A stretch of DNA of 64,000 nucleotides from a virus, in IMG/VR virus record IMGVR_UViG_3300026488_000013, positions 1 through 64,000 of that record, one strand, 5' to 3'. The position numbers and the translations under genes were made by a program. The notes beneath the pieces were generated by a model that did not search any database, was not told the origin of the DNA, and was given only the letters and a program-made list of their open reading frames with translations. This document shows positions 1 to 9,348 of the stretch, piece by piece (positions within the stretch are counted from its first letter, which is position 1; the number at the start of each line of letters is the position of its first letter).

Positions 1-126
1 CAGATTGAAAAATAAGTTAAGGCTATCCGACCAAATTCTACCCGCTTCCAGCCTAAGCTCTTTGAGAATTGGATAATATTTAGCAGGAATTTTTTGAGTT
101 ATTACGTGGAAGCGGGTTATTTGCAT
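1..126 (-). CDS. tnpB: Probable TnpB (IS200/IS605 OrfB) N-terminus, truncated by the window edge
   Basis: ATG at 126 preceded by AGGAGG; reads MQITRFHVITQKIPAKYYPILKELRLEAGRIWSDSLNLFFNL, resembling TnpB N-termini; IS605-type end sequences lie immediately upstream. Not in the ORF track. Confidence 0.5.
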   Translation of the reverse strand, partial: MQITRFHVITQKIPAKYYPILKELRLEAGRIWSDSLNLFFNL

Positions 127-154
127 TTCTTTTGCCTCCTTAAAACAAATCCTC

Positions 155-408
155 GTGACCTCCTCCCCTCACTTTAGTGAGGGGCTTCCTGCTTCATTGT
201 GGGGTAGTCCCACTTCATGGGTAGGGCAGACTTTAAGGGGTCTGCCATCGCCTTTTTAAAACTTAAGCTCTGTGGGTTGCAGGGGAAAGCATCCCCTGCG
301 GTTATTCCCCTTTATGTTTAATTTTATACTACTTTTTCAAAAAGTCAATACATATCAGACGCCAGTCATCTCCTCATTAAAATGAGGAGTATTCTGGCGT
401 TTTAAATC
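155..408 (-). mobile_element. ORF-less IS200/IS605-derived element (family A) with omegaRNA-like 3' region
   Basis: Minus strand: preceded by TTTAC (409-413); left hairpin CTCCTCATTTTAATGAGGAG; TTGACT-N16-TAAAAT promoter (321-348); several stems; right end GAAGCCCCTCACTAAAGTGAGGGG...TCAC. Second copy at 10628-10822. Confidence 0.75.
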
Positions 409-473
409 GTAAACAGGCATTATTGTATTATCCTCCCTTTAAAATTTTTTTCTTTTGTTTTTATAAAAGAAAA

Positions 474-483
474 TACGGATAAT
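474..483 (+). promoter_or_regulatory. Phage promoter-like motif TACGGATAAT, 8 nt before ATG 492
   Basis: Same motif and spacing recur upstream of 17 genes. Confidence 0.75.
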
Positions 484-491
484 ACCGAAAC

Positions 492-908
492 ATGGTAGAA
501 ATAAGACTATCTTTCGAAATCAAAGTCGTAACAAAAAGCAATAATAGAGAATTTAAAGCAATATTTCAATTAAAAGACCAAAATAATAAAAAAATCAATA
601 TAAATAGACTAAAAAAAATATCAGGACTGACGAATACTGAAATAGTTAATATATTCTTGGAAACATTTAATATACATGATTTATTTCCATACAACATACA
701 ATACGACTATAATAAATTGAAAATAACAATTGATGGAATATTAGATGATGAGACATTAATAGAAGCTACATGTTTCTATATAAGTGGAAAATATAAAGAG
801 TTTATTAAGAGAATAAAAAATAAATCCGAGGAAATAAAAGAAAAAATAGAAATATTAAACGAAATAAAAGGTTATACAGACGATATGATATTAGAATACT
901 TCAATTAA
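492..908 (+). CDS. Hypothetical protein
   Basis: 138-aa ORF with the upstream promoter motif. Confidence 0.7.
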   Translation: MVEIRLSFEIKVVTKSNNREFKAIFQLKDQNNKKININRLKKISGLTNTEIVNIFLETFNIHDLFPYNIQYDYNKLKITIDGILDDETLIEATCFYISGKYKEFIKRIKNKSEEIKEKIEILNEIKGYTDDMILEYFN

Positions 909-999
909 TTCCTTTTATACATTATTTATTTTTAGGATTTTTATTAAAAAATAACTAAACACCTAACCCTGCCCCCTCTTCAAACTACCATATTAATCA

Positions 1000-1032
1000 G
1001 TCAACTACCCTGCATCCAAAATGCGGAGCCCC
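1000..1032 (-). repeat. Short IS605 right-end-like palindrome
   Basis: Minus strand GGGGCTCCGCATTTTGGATGCAGGGTAGTTGAC: hairpin followed by a GTAGTTGAC end. Confidence 0.5.
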
Positions 1033-1060
1033 GGGCGGTTTTTTTCTCGTAGAATTTTTG

Positions 1061-3133
1061 TTATTTATATATAAATAGATTACTTCCGGCATCGTAAATA
1101 ACTCTAAACCCATTCGAAAGGACATTTTCTAATTCAGTTAGATTATGATTATAATTCTCGAATAAATCCTTTAATTTGTGTTTTATGAAATACTGTCTAG
1201 GTAGCAATCTTATTTCCGAAACATCACATAATTTTGTAAAATAATAATAATTGGGATGGTTGGTTGTTTTATGAAATTTAAAATTATTTATTGTTAAATA
1301 ATTCTCTGTAAGAAGATTATTAATTCTCCTATCAATATAACTGTAAACAAAACTAATATTACTAATTTTATTTATAAAATGTCGAAACAATCTAGAAAAT
1401 GAACCTGGTATTACATAATCAATTCTATTTACAAACCGTATTATTTCATAAACACCTTCTTTATACTTTTGAAACCTGCCTTTTCCAATTATCAATCCTG
1501 AATAAATATCGTTATATTCATCCTCTAAAGTTAAATAAATTAAACCTGTATGAAAGCCGTGTAAGTGATTTAAATTAAAGAATTCCCTAATTTTATCATT
1601 AGGTTTATCGTAAATTTTTACATTCAATTTTCGTGCATAAATTTTATTATTAATAATTCCAAGCTTAGCTTTTATTATATTAATCCATATTTTTCTTTTT
1701 ATTTCATTATACCATTCGTTTTCAAAAATTTGCAAAAGAAGTATATTTTGCTTTGCTGCGGCACTGGCCTTTTTATAATGTTTCCATTTTAATAGGTTAA
1801 ATTCTTCTTCGTCATAATACTCAATCAACCCAGCACTATGAAAAAATATTCCATGTAATTCAACACCCAATTTTAAATTCGGTAAAAAAATATCTATTTC
1901 ATAATTCGAACCGGGTATTTTCCTAAGTTTCAATATTTCTCCTTTATACCCTATTTCGTTTCGTAATACTCTAACAAAATCGGATTCAAACTTTGAAGAA
2001 ATACATATAGGACAATAAATTCCATTTTCAAAAGTATTTACTGAAACTTCTACAGCACCATGTTTCGTACATATAACACTTATCCTATCATTAATGGACA
2101 ACGGAAAAGTTATTTTATTAAAGTCTAGATAAAATCTAGAATTATATTCATACTTATAAATTTTCTTTACCAGATTTTCTAAATCTCCTTTCGTTTGGTA
2201 TTTTTTCTGTTTGTCACCTGCAATAATTCGCCCACACTTAAAACATCCATTTCCCCTTACAAAATTTGTAATGTAACTTTCAAACTCACCGTGCAAAGGG
2301 CATACAACGGTAATTTTATCTTTATAAGATTTTTTACCATCAAAATACTTTATTTTATATTTTTCTCCATATAACCTTCTCGCAACCTCGACAATTTTTT
2401 CATATGTCCAATTTCTTCTTTCGTAATTCTTCTTTTTAATATCATTTTCTATACACATAACACATGGAATATTTCCCTTTCTTATATAAAGAAGATGATA
2501 CCATTTATATTGCTGTTTACCATGTTTAGGGCATAAAATAGTTACTTTTGCCTCTTTTACAGGTTTATCAAATTCCGTTTCATCTTCTATCAATTTATAT
2601 TTTTTATAATCAAACTTATTTTTGTAAATTTGAATCAATTCTTCCTTCGAAAATTTATTCTTAGATTTTATTTCCTTACGACATTCCGGACAATTTTCAA
2701 ATCTGTAAATTCCATTTTTATATGCTTCAATTTTATCATTTAAAAATAGCGAACCAGCAACAATATTAAAAATTTGATTGTGTTTCTTACAAACACATGT
2801 AATCTTACTCCGCAAATTCGTAAATTCCTCTTTTAATTTTGGAAATTTTAAATGTTTGTCCAATTTGTATTTTTTAACTAATTTTAAAAAATTATTTACT
2901 CCCAGCTCACAGTTTTTACATCTCTTTATTTTTCTATTATTCGTATGCAACAATCTGCGGGCTTCAACATAATATTCAGCACCACACTGTTTACATTTTA
3001 TTCGAATTTTTGTGGTTACTTTAAATTTATCTATTTCTTCAGGTTTCGTTACAATATCGAATTTCGAATTTATTTCTCTATTATCTTGGGAATAAAATTT
3101 GTCCAGAAAAACGAGAAATTTTTCCTTACTCAT
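1061..3133 (-). CDS. Free-standing homing endonuclease (Hef/Vsr-like PD-(D/E)xK, with CxxHG zinc repeats)
   Basis: Repeated CPKHG/CPLHG/CTKHG...CxxC modules; EIDIFLPNLKLGVELHGIFFH nuclease motif; C-terminal NHLHG...YDAG domain. ATG 3133 has a GGAGGG RBS. Confidence 0.75.
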   Translation of the reverse strand: MSKEKFLVFLDKFYSQDNREINSKFDIVTKPEEIDKFKVTTKIRIKCKQCGAEYYVEARRLLHTNNRKIKRCKNCELGVNNFLKLVKKYKLDKHLKFPKLKEEFTNLRSKITCVCKKHNQIFNIVAGSLFLNDKIEAYKNGIYRFENCPECRKEIKSKNKFSKEELIQIYKNKFDYKKYKLIEDETEFDKPVKEAKVTILCPKHGKQQYKWYHLLYIRKGNIPCVMCIENDIKKKNYERRNWTYEKIVEVARRLYGEKYKIKYFDGKKSYKDKITVVCPLHGEFESYITNFVRGNGCFKCGRIIAGDKQKKYQTKGDLENLVKKIYKYEYNSRFYLDFNKITFPLSINDRISVICTKHGAVEVSVNTFENGIYCPICISSKFESDFVRVLRNEIGYKGEILKLRKIPGSNYEIDIFLPNLKLGVELHGIFFHSAGLIEYYDEEEFNLLKWKHYKKASAAAKQNILLLQIFENEWYNEIKRKIWINIIKAKLGIINNKIYARKLNVKIYDKPNDKIREFFNLNHLHGFHTGLIYLTLEDEYNDIYSGLIIGKGRFQKYKEGVYEIIRFVNRIDYVIPGSFSRLFRHFINKISNISFVYSYIDRRINNLLTENYLTINNFKFHKTTNHPNYYYFTKLCDVSEIRLLPRQYFIKHKLKDLFENYNHNLTELENVLSNGFRVIYDAGSNLFIYK

Positions 3134-3213
3134 TGCTACTCCCTCCACAGTCAGTTACCCATCATCAAAATACAAGTCGACAACATTTTTATCGTAACAT
3201 TTTAATACTCATA

Positions 3214-4422
3214 TTAAAAATACCTTTCAAATTCTTTTTCAAAATCTACTTCTTCTCCAGCTGTCATACGATGGTGACTGATTTTCATGAGAAGATTAAG
3301 TCCTTTTACATAGTAGCTACCAGTGGCGTTAAGCCCAGCATGTTTTATATTTGCTTCCTTAGCTAAATCTCCATAACATGTTAAACAAATACCTCTCTCA
3401 GATTTACAATATAATGGTGACCTTAATTTAATAATCTTACCAATCAACTGATTAATATTACCCTCGGTTATTTTAACAAGCTCTTTTTTATTTTCATCAT
3501 AATAATATCTACCTAATATTGTTCCTGCAATTTCTTTAGTAACTTTTAATTCAAAATATTTATCTGTTCTGCAATCTTCTGTATCCCAATCTACATATAC
3601 GTCATTTAATGCGTTCCTTAGTATTATTGCTACATGTCCAGGTTTTGCAGAACCAACAGATTTAAAATATGCGGCGGTTATCGCCTTGTTAGCACCATAA
3701 TACATTTCTTCAGGTTTCATTCCTTCAAACAAACTATGTTTAACGGGCGGTGTTAAATTACCCTCACCATCCACACCATAACCCCAAGCAATAAACAATT
3801 GGATTAAATCATCAGCTTTACCTTTTGTTCCCGATTTAACCATATCGAAGAAAGATAACCCTTTCGATTCTAAATACTTTTGCAATTCCTCGTATATCTC
3901 ATATAGTTTTTTATCTATTTCGACCGGTGACATAGTTTCCATTTGGGACTGCAATTCCTCTTTCATTTTTTCTATATGTTCGGGTAATTCAAATTCTGTT
4001 AATTCAAATGTCGGAGACGCAATTGTTCCAATATCTAAAATATAAGTCTGCAATTTATGTAGAGTTTTAGAATATTCCTCAGGGCCATATTTATCGTATA
4101 TTTCTTTAAGAATATTATTTATTTTTTTCCTGTTTATTTCCTCATTTATAAATGGATAATCTTCCGGGAGACATAGATTAAAAATAATGCGCCCGATTGT
4201 AGTTTTTATTTTTTCATTATTTGTTTTCTTAGGATGTTTATAATATACATATGACCATAATGATAATTTCGATTTTTTTTCTTCTTCATCATCAGGAGTT
4301 TGAACTCTTATAAAGGAATCTAATATTTCTTCAATATCAGTAGATGTTATTAATATATTGGTATTTCTTTTATCTTCTGGGATTGTAAAAATTTTTTGGT
4401 TGAAGGATTGGTTGTTAGACAT
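3214..4422 (-). CDS. Phage RNA polymerase beta-prime subunit, C-terminal fragment
   Basis: TTIGRIIFN..LP, SGTKG, P.KHSLFEG, EDCRT and LRSPLYC...GICLTCYG match RpoC regions E-G; start probably MSNNQ. Confidence 0.85.
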   Translation of the reverse strand: MSNNQSFNQKIFTIPEDKRNTNILITSTDIEEILDSFIRVQTPDDEEEKKSKLSLWSYVYYKHPKKTNNEKIKTTIGRIIFNLCLPEDYPFINEEINRKKINNILKEIYDKYGPEEYSKTLHKLQTYILDIGTIASPTFELTEFELPEHIEKMKEELQSQMETMSPVEIDKKLYEIYEELQKYLESKGLSFFDMVKSGTKGKADDLIQLFIAWGYGVDGEGNLTPPVKHSLFEGMKPEEMYYGANKAITAAYFKSVGSAKPGHVAIILRNALNDVYVDWDTEDCRTDKYFELKVTKEIAGTILGRYYYDENKKELVKITEGNINQLIGKIIKLRSPLYCKSERGICLTCYGDLAKEANIKHAGLNATGSYYVKGLNLLMKISHHRMTAGEEVDFEKEFERYF

Positions 4423-4519
4423 AACAATTTTTAGAAACCATGATAAGAAAAGAAGAAAGTTGGTCAATGGCCATTAAAAATAGTGGACAGCGGCATTTTT
4501 ATCAAAGATGTGGAAAATA

Positions 4520-5398
4520 TCAAATATAGTTTAAAATGGTATTAACTGCATTTCTTAAATCAGACATTTCTACTTCCAATTCAACTATTCTATCTATTAT
4601 ATGATTTAGGGAGCCTATAATATCCACCTTGTTGTCTTCGGAATTGGTATCACCAAAATCTACAACCAAATTGGTTAACTTATTGTGAAGTTTTTCAATT
4701 TCTTTTTCTAATTTATCCAATCGTCTTTCGATATTTTCTATTTCTTTCAGTTTCACTAATTTATCCTCGATATTTTTTAATTTCCTATCAAATACATTTA
4801 TTTTCTCATTTACATATCTTATTTTCCTCTCTAATTTAGATAGGGGTGCACTATTTTCCGTTTTGTTTACATTTTTATCACTTGCATTTATATTAATTAA
4901 TTTGTTGTTCAATATATTAATACTTCTGCAGTTTTCCAACACGTTATAGCACTTTTCATTTTTCTGTATCAAATAAATAGCTATAATCGTTCCCACCAAA
5001 GTTCTTATGAAATCTGTCTTATTATTAAATATAGCCAATAGTTCTTTTTTATTTTTTTCGTAAAGACCTTCTATGAAATCTTTTGTTTCCTCGTCTATAT
5101 CAATAGTATATTTTGTTAATTTATTAGGATTATTTTCACACCCTTTAGAATTAACTTTGATTTCAGATATTAAATCGTGATAACATTCATTTATGAATTT
5201 GTTATAACATTCTTTTATCGCCCTCAATGTTTTAGTCATATTTGAATAATTCATATTTTCTAATATCTCTTTCTTAGCAAGATAAATTGCTCTTTTAAGT
5301 GCTGCGTGTTCGGAAATGTTTATACCATCCTCAATTAGCTTAGATACATATATTTTTGTCAGACATGCTGGCAAAGAAAATCTCACTCTAGACCTCAT
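4520..5398 (-). CDS. Hypothetical protein with C-terminal coiled coil
   Basis: 292-aa ORF with GGGAGG RBS; promoter motif at 5435-5444; heptad-rich C-terminus. Confidence 0.7.
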   Translation of the reverse strand: MRSRVRFSLPACLTKIYVSKLIEDGINISEHAALKRAIYLAKKEILENMNYSNMTKTLRAIKECYNKFINECYHDLISEIKVNSKGCENNPNKLTKYTIDIDEETKDFIEGLYEKNKKELLAIFNNKTDFIRTLVGTIIAIYLIQKNEKCYNVLENCRSINILNNKLININASDKNVNKTENSAPLSKLERKIRYVNEKINVFDRKLKNIEDKLVKLKEIENIERRLDKLEKEIEKLHNKLTNLVVDFGDTNSEDNKVDIIGSLNHIIDRIVELEVEMSDLRNAVNTILNYI

Positions 5399-5503
5399 GG
5401 TTAAAACCTCCCACTTTTGTTTTTAACATTTATTAATATCCATAATAAATTATATATACGAAGGAAAAAATCAAAGGGAAAGAAATTAAATTAATTATTG
5501 TTT

Positions 5504-5773
5504 TTACTTATCGTTGATTTCCAGATAAACATGTTTCTTATACCGCATTCCTATCTTTTTCAACAACTGTCGGATTGCATTGGCCACAGTTCCTCTTTTT
5601 CCAATTAAAATTCCCGTTTCTGTTTTATCCTTACCGGTAATAGATACTACAACTGTTTTATCCCCTTCGATAACTTTTGTTTCGAAGGTTTCAGGTTTCA
5701 TAGAAAATGCTTCAATAATTGCAGTAATAAGTTTTTTAATTTTTTGCTCTAATTTTAGGTTCTGCATTTGCAT
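5504..5773 (-). CDS. khpA: KH-domain RNA-binding protein, KhpA (UPF0109) family
   Basis: GILIGKRG...NAIRQLL KH GxxG motif; about 90 aa; AGGAGG before ATG 5773. Confidence 0.85.
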   Translation of the reverse strand: MQMQNLKLEQKIKKLITAIIEAFSMKPETFETKVIEGDKTVVVSITGKDKTETGILIGKRGTVANAIRQLLKKIGMRYKKHVYLEINDK

Positions 5774-5888
5774 TACCTCCTTTTCATTTTTCAGTTTCAT
5801 CTAATGAAGAAAATATCATATCTATAGTTAAAAAAATTAGAGAATAATTTAAAAAAAGAGAGAAAATTAATTTTTTAATTATTGTTTA

Positions 5889-6074
5889 TTAATACATTGA
5901 TTCTGGATTTTTTGTTAATTCATATATTCCTAATGCCAAATCCATATCGACGGATGGTTTAAATGATTTATATTTGACCGAAGATAACGCTCCCACTCTC
6001 GTCGATGGAGACAGATATTTCTTTAATTCTTCATTTGCTTTAGGTGTATGAACCGCATAAATATTAATTTGGTC
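5889..6074 (-). CDS. RNAP beta-prime (copy 1) exon 2
   Basis: DQINIYAVHTP...DMDLALGIYELT matches RpoC DQMAVHVP...QDMVLGLYYLT; joins in frame to exon 1 after intron removal. Confidence 0.9.
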   Translation of the reverse strand, partial: DQINIYAVHTPKANEELKKYLSPSTRVGALSSVKYKSFKPSVDMDLALGIYELTKNPESMY

Positions 6075-6267
6075 TTCTGTGTTCACACCGGCACGGGCCA
6101 TACCGGTGCCGCAGCATTACCCGCTGCCCCACGGTTTCCCGCAGGGGCCGGACTATATCTTCTCCGCCTCAGGGAATTAAATTAAGTTGTTATATAAATA
6201 AAAAAAGATATAACCTAAATAATAATTCTAAAATAGTTTTTTAATTTTGAAACTCATTAAATTTATT

Positions 6268-6400
6268 TATTTCTTTTTTTTGCTCAATTTGACTAAATGT
6301 TTCCATCTTTTAGCATTTCTTTTAAATTTATCGGGAGCATTTAATTCTTGTTTTTAATTTACTATCATAAAGATATTCATTAACCTTAATTATTATATTT
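6268..6400 (-). pseudogene. Possible decayed intron-endonuclease C-terminal remnant
   Basis: Frameshifted reading NIIIKVNEYLYDSKLK/QELNAPDKFKRNAKRWKHLVKLSKKKK* in the intron-sense direction within the P8 loop. Confidence 0.3.
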
Positions 6401-6437
6401 ATTCCATAAATCAATTTTAATATTAGAAGAATGGATT

Positions 6438-6447
6438 TATGGAAATA
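6438..6447 (+). promoter_or_regulatory. Phage promoter-like motif TATGGAAATA upstream of csx3
   Basis: Matches the recurrent motif; followed by AAGGAGG RBS and ATG 6477. Confidence 0.6.
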
Positions 6448-6476
6448 AAGAAATAAAAAAATTAAGGAGGTTGGAA

Positions 6477-6764
6477 ATGGTAAAATTTAAAACTACTTCT
6501 CAACAAAATTACACTCTCGTAGAATTTGAAATTGAAGGCGGTGTAATCGCTCCCGAGGAACTAAAACAGTTAACTCCTCCTAAAGTTGACCTGACAAAAC
6601 TAGTCGTATTAAGTGGTAGAGGCCCGATATGGTTGTACCTTTATCTGGCACATCATTATCATACCACTCCTGCACTGGCCAGCTACGACCCTAGAGTTGG
6701 AGGTGCAGTAATCACTCAAACTCACAGCCCTAAATATAAAATAGGAGAAATTGTACCTCTTTAA
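6477..6764 (+). CDS. csx3: Csx3/Crn3-family cyclic oligoadenylate ring nuclease, antisense inside the group I intron
   Basis: VVLSGRGPIWLY..LAH, YDPR.GGAV...H signature of Csx3; about 95 aa; AAGGAGG RBS. Confidence 0.9.
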   Translation: MVKFKTTSQQNYTLVEFEIEGGVIAPEELKQLTPPKVDLTKLVVLSGRGPIWLYLYLAHHYHTTPALASYDPRVGGAVITQTHSPKYKIGEIVPL

Positions 6765-6819
6765 CTTTTACTCTTTTTTTATTTTTCTTCTCACGATGGC
6801 ATAACTTAAATAGTCCTTT

Positions 6820-7160
6820 TATTTTATTTTCTTATTTACACATCATGTCGATAATTGTAATAAGACCATATATTTTATCCTTTAGTGTTTCCACTTAATA
6901 AGAATATAAAAGTATTGTTAAACCATCTGCACTGTAGATTTCAACATCAAAATCACTTTCATTATTTAAATATTCACAAATTCATTAATTACCTTTTATT
7001 TTGAAGAAAACGACTTCCTTAAATATCATTGATACTTTTACATAATTTTTATTCGGTCAAACTGTTTTAAGTAATTTAAACAATTTAATAGTATCTTCAG
7101 ATGCAAATCTCAACATTACATATACATTATCTACTTTATTATGTAAATCATTATTAATCT
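6820..7160 (-). pseudogene. Possible decayed LAGLIDADG-like intron ORF remnant
   Basis: Broken reading frames in the P8 loop, including ...DVEIYSADGLTI. Confidence 0.25.
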
Positions 7161-7431
7161 TCCTCTGAGGCAGAGCCCGGCGTTTCGTCCCGCCGTTATT
7201 GCCCATGACGGGACTACGGCTTAACGCCTAGTCTCTGAACCTTCCCCATAGGAGCTTTTAAAACTCCCTTAGGGGCTTGGCTGCGGGTTGTCCCCTTGAC
7301 TCCCCAACTTTTTACCATACCGGCAGCCATTACGCTACCGCCAGACAGGTATTTCCACCTGTCCTTGGTATCGGGAAGTTTTTGAGGAGTTTCCCGCAGT
7401 TAGCCGGGTTTAACGACGGCGACCAAAGGTT

Positions 7432-9348
7432 ACCGTCGCACTGTTTTTTAACATAACCGTATGCATCTACATATGTTCCGGTAATTAAAGTTGTAATATC
7501 CCATCCAATATTTTTATTTGCTGGTTCAACATTTATTATTTTTTTATAACCGTCCCTATGTAAAACTTTTTTACCTATTATTTCTTCGGACGGTTTCAAC
7601 AATTGTTTATTTTCGTCAATCAAATATTCCTTAGTAGTGGATGATATGAACTCAGTCCCATCTTCCATAATTATTTTTACCGTATTAATATTAGAATGCT
7701 CGTGCCAGAAAACAACTTTATCATAAACAAATTCATTCTTTTCCCTGTCGTATGCTAATATTTCTACTGGTTCTAATAATTCAAGAATTCTTACATGAAC
7801 TCCGTCCACTCTAGTATAGTTTTCTATTTCTCTGTGATTTACATATTTAGGTAAATCTTTAATATGGCATTTAATAAATCTATCATTATTAACTTTAACT
7901 TCTATTAAATCCCAATTGCAGTCTGCGCCGAGTGTTCCAAAGATTATTTGTGGTAATGATGCAACATACACATCTTCCTTATCGATAACTGGTTTCATTC
8001 CTATTGTTGAGTTATCATTTTCAACAGGGTGCCTTAATACTAAGACATATTTTTCATATCCATCGTATACACCATCTATGATTTCTTGCTCTAATTCAAT
8101 TAATTTTTCTTTTATTTGTTGTGGTACAGTCTTAGGATTTTTAACAATGTTATTTGTTAATTCTCTAAATGCACGGTCGGAAAATTTATCGCCTATTTGT
8201 GATTTAACCCATGTATAGATGTCAGAATATTTAGGATTTTTTGTTATATGATGAACAACGAATGGTTCATATAATTTAATTAAAAACATCCAAGGAACTT
8301 TTACTTCATTTGGTTTTAAATTTTTATCATGGGTCAAAACAAGTCTAACTGTATGGTCTAATCGTTTGGACAATTTAGCACTTCTTAATAGTTTTCCCTT
8401 TTGTCCAAAACCCAATATTCCTACTAATTCCAATGCTAATTTTTGCAACACTGGATGTATTTTTGAATAATAACTTTTTATCGGGTCTTCAGATATATCA
8501 GTCTTATTATCAGTAGCGGCACCAGAATCTGGTTCCTCATCTGATAAAAGGTTATTTAAATTCGATAAAACATTTTGAATATCTTCTGAATTGTTGTCAG
8601 ATTTATTATTTGTATTAATATCATTACCGGATTTGATAGTATGCTCTGGTTTGTTTTTATAATATAACTCCCTAATATTTTTATATTTATTTGAAATCCG
8701 TATAATTTCTTGGTATAACTGCGATATAGGGTTTTCTCTTAAAACTTTACCATCTTTAATAAATACATCTCTAAATGCGGCGGGCATTACCAAAAGTTTG
8801 TCTGTGAACAATGTATCTACTAATTCGATAAGAGTTTTTAAAATATCACCATTACCTTTGACAGTATTTACATAATTTTCCATTATCATAAATTCGTTAG
8901 TGTTTTTTTCATCCTTCAAGAAATGATAAAAATCCAGAGGGTATCTAAATTCCTTTATCGATTTTAGATTTTTCTCTTCATGAAACGGTTCTGTATAAAA
9001 TGAACCGTCTTCCATTAAATAAAACGGTTCCGATTGGAGAAATTTTTGATAAACAGATTTACCCAAAATAGAAGAAATTAATCCACCAGATACAAAATCA
9101 AATGTATATGGGTTTAAAACTGGTAAAGGTAGCTCAATATATGCAAATGTCTTTTTACGGCGGGATGAACCAATAGGTCCAAATATCTGCTCAGAATACA
9201 CTCCCTCGGGGTCTAATATTTTTTTACCACCTACTTTAATAACTGTTTTATCGGAGGTTATTTTTTTTAACTTATAACGTTTAATAAATTCGTTGTAATT
9301 TATGGGTTTTAGGTAAATTTGATTATTATTAATTTTTCCCTGTTCCAT
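7432..9348 (-). CDS. RNAP beta-prime (copy 1) exon 1, intein-containing
   Basis: DPEGVYSEQIFGP, LRSAKLSKRLDHTVRLV, LRHP, LGAD...CDG. The ORF track extension to 7330 is read-through into the intron. Confidence 0.9.
7441..7920 (-). mobile_element. 160-aa mini-intein, from Cys1 (CNWDL) to C-terminal Gln (GYVKKQ), +1 Cys
   Basis: Inserted between GAD and CDG; block F-like GWDITT..GTYVD..G; removal restores GADCDGD. Confidence 0.85.

Larger units (their letters stand above)
6075..7431 (-). ncRNA. Group I intron (about 1357 nt, IA-like) in the beta-prime catalytic motif
   Basis: P AACTGCGGGAA, Q ACAACCCGCAGCC, R GTTCAGAGACTA, S AAGATATAGTCC; P1 CGACGGU/GCCGUCG with U-G at the 5' splice site; P10 UUUGGUC/GACCAAA; P3 CCCGGC/GCCGGG; P8 CTCTGCCTCAG/CTGAGGCGGAG closing a loop of about 1 kb. 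Confidence 0.93.

Noticed and set aside
3140-3213. Possible second inverted target mimic (QSVTHH versus KISHH) upstream of the first endonuclease
   Set aside because: Similarity is short and gapped, and cannot be told from chance by eye
6075-6101. Start MARAGVNTE of ORF 5889-6101
   Set aside because: The ATG lies in the intron 3' stems; RpoC similarity begins at DQINI
6471-6764. CRISPR-Cas locus implied by csx3
   Set aside because: No repeat-spacer array or other cas genes seen in the window
7330-7431. C-terminal NLWSPSLNPANCGK... of the 672-aa ORF
   Set aside because: Read-through into intron P1-P5; not RNAP sequence
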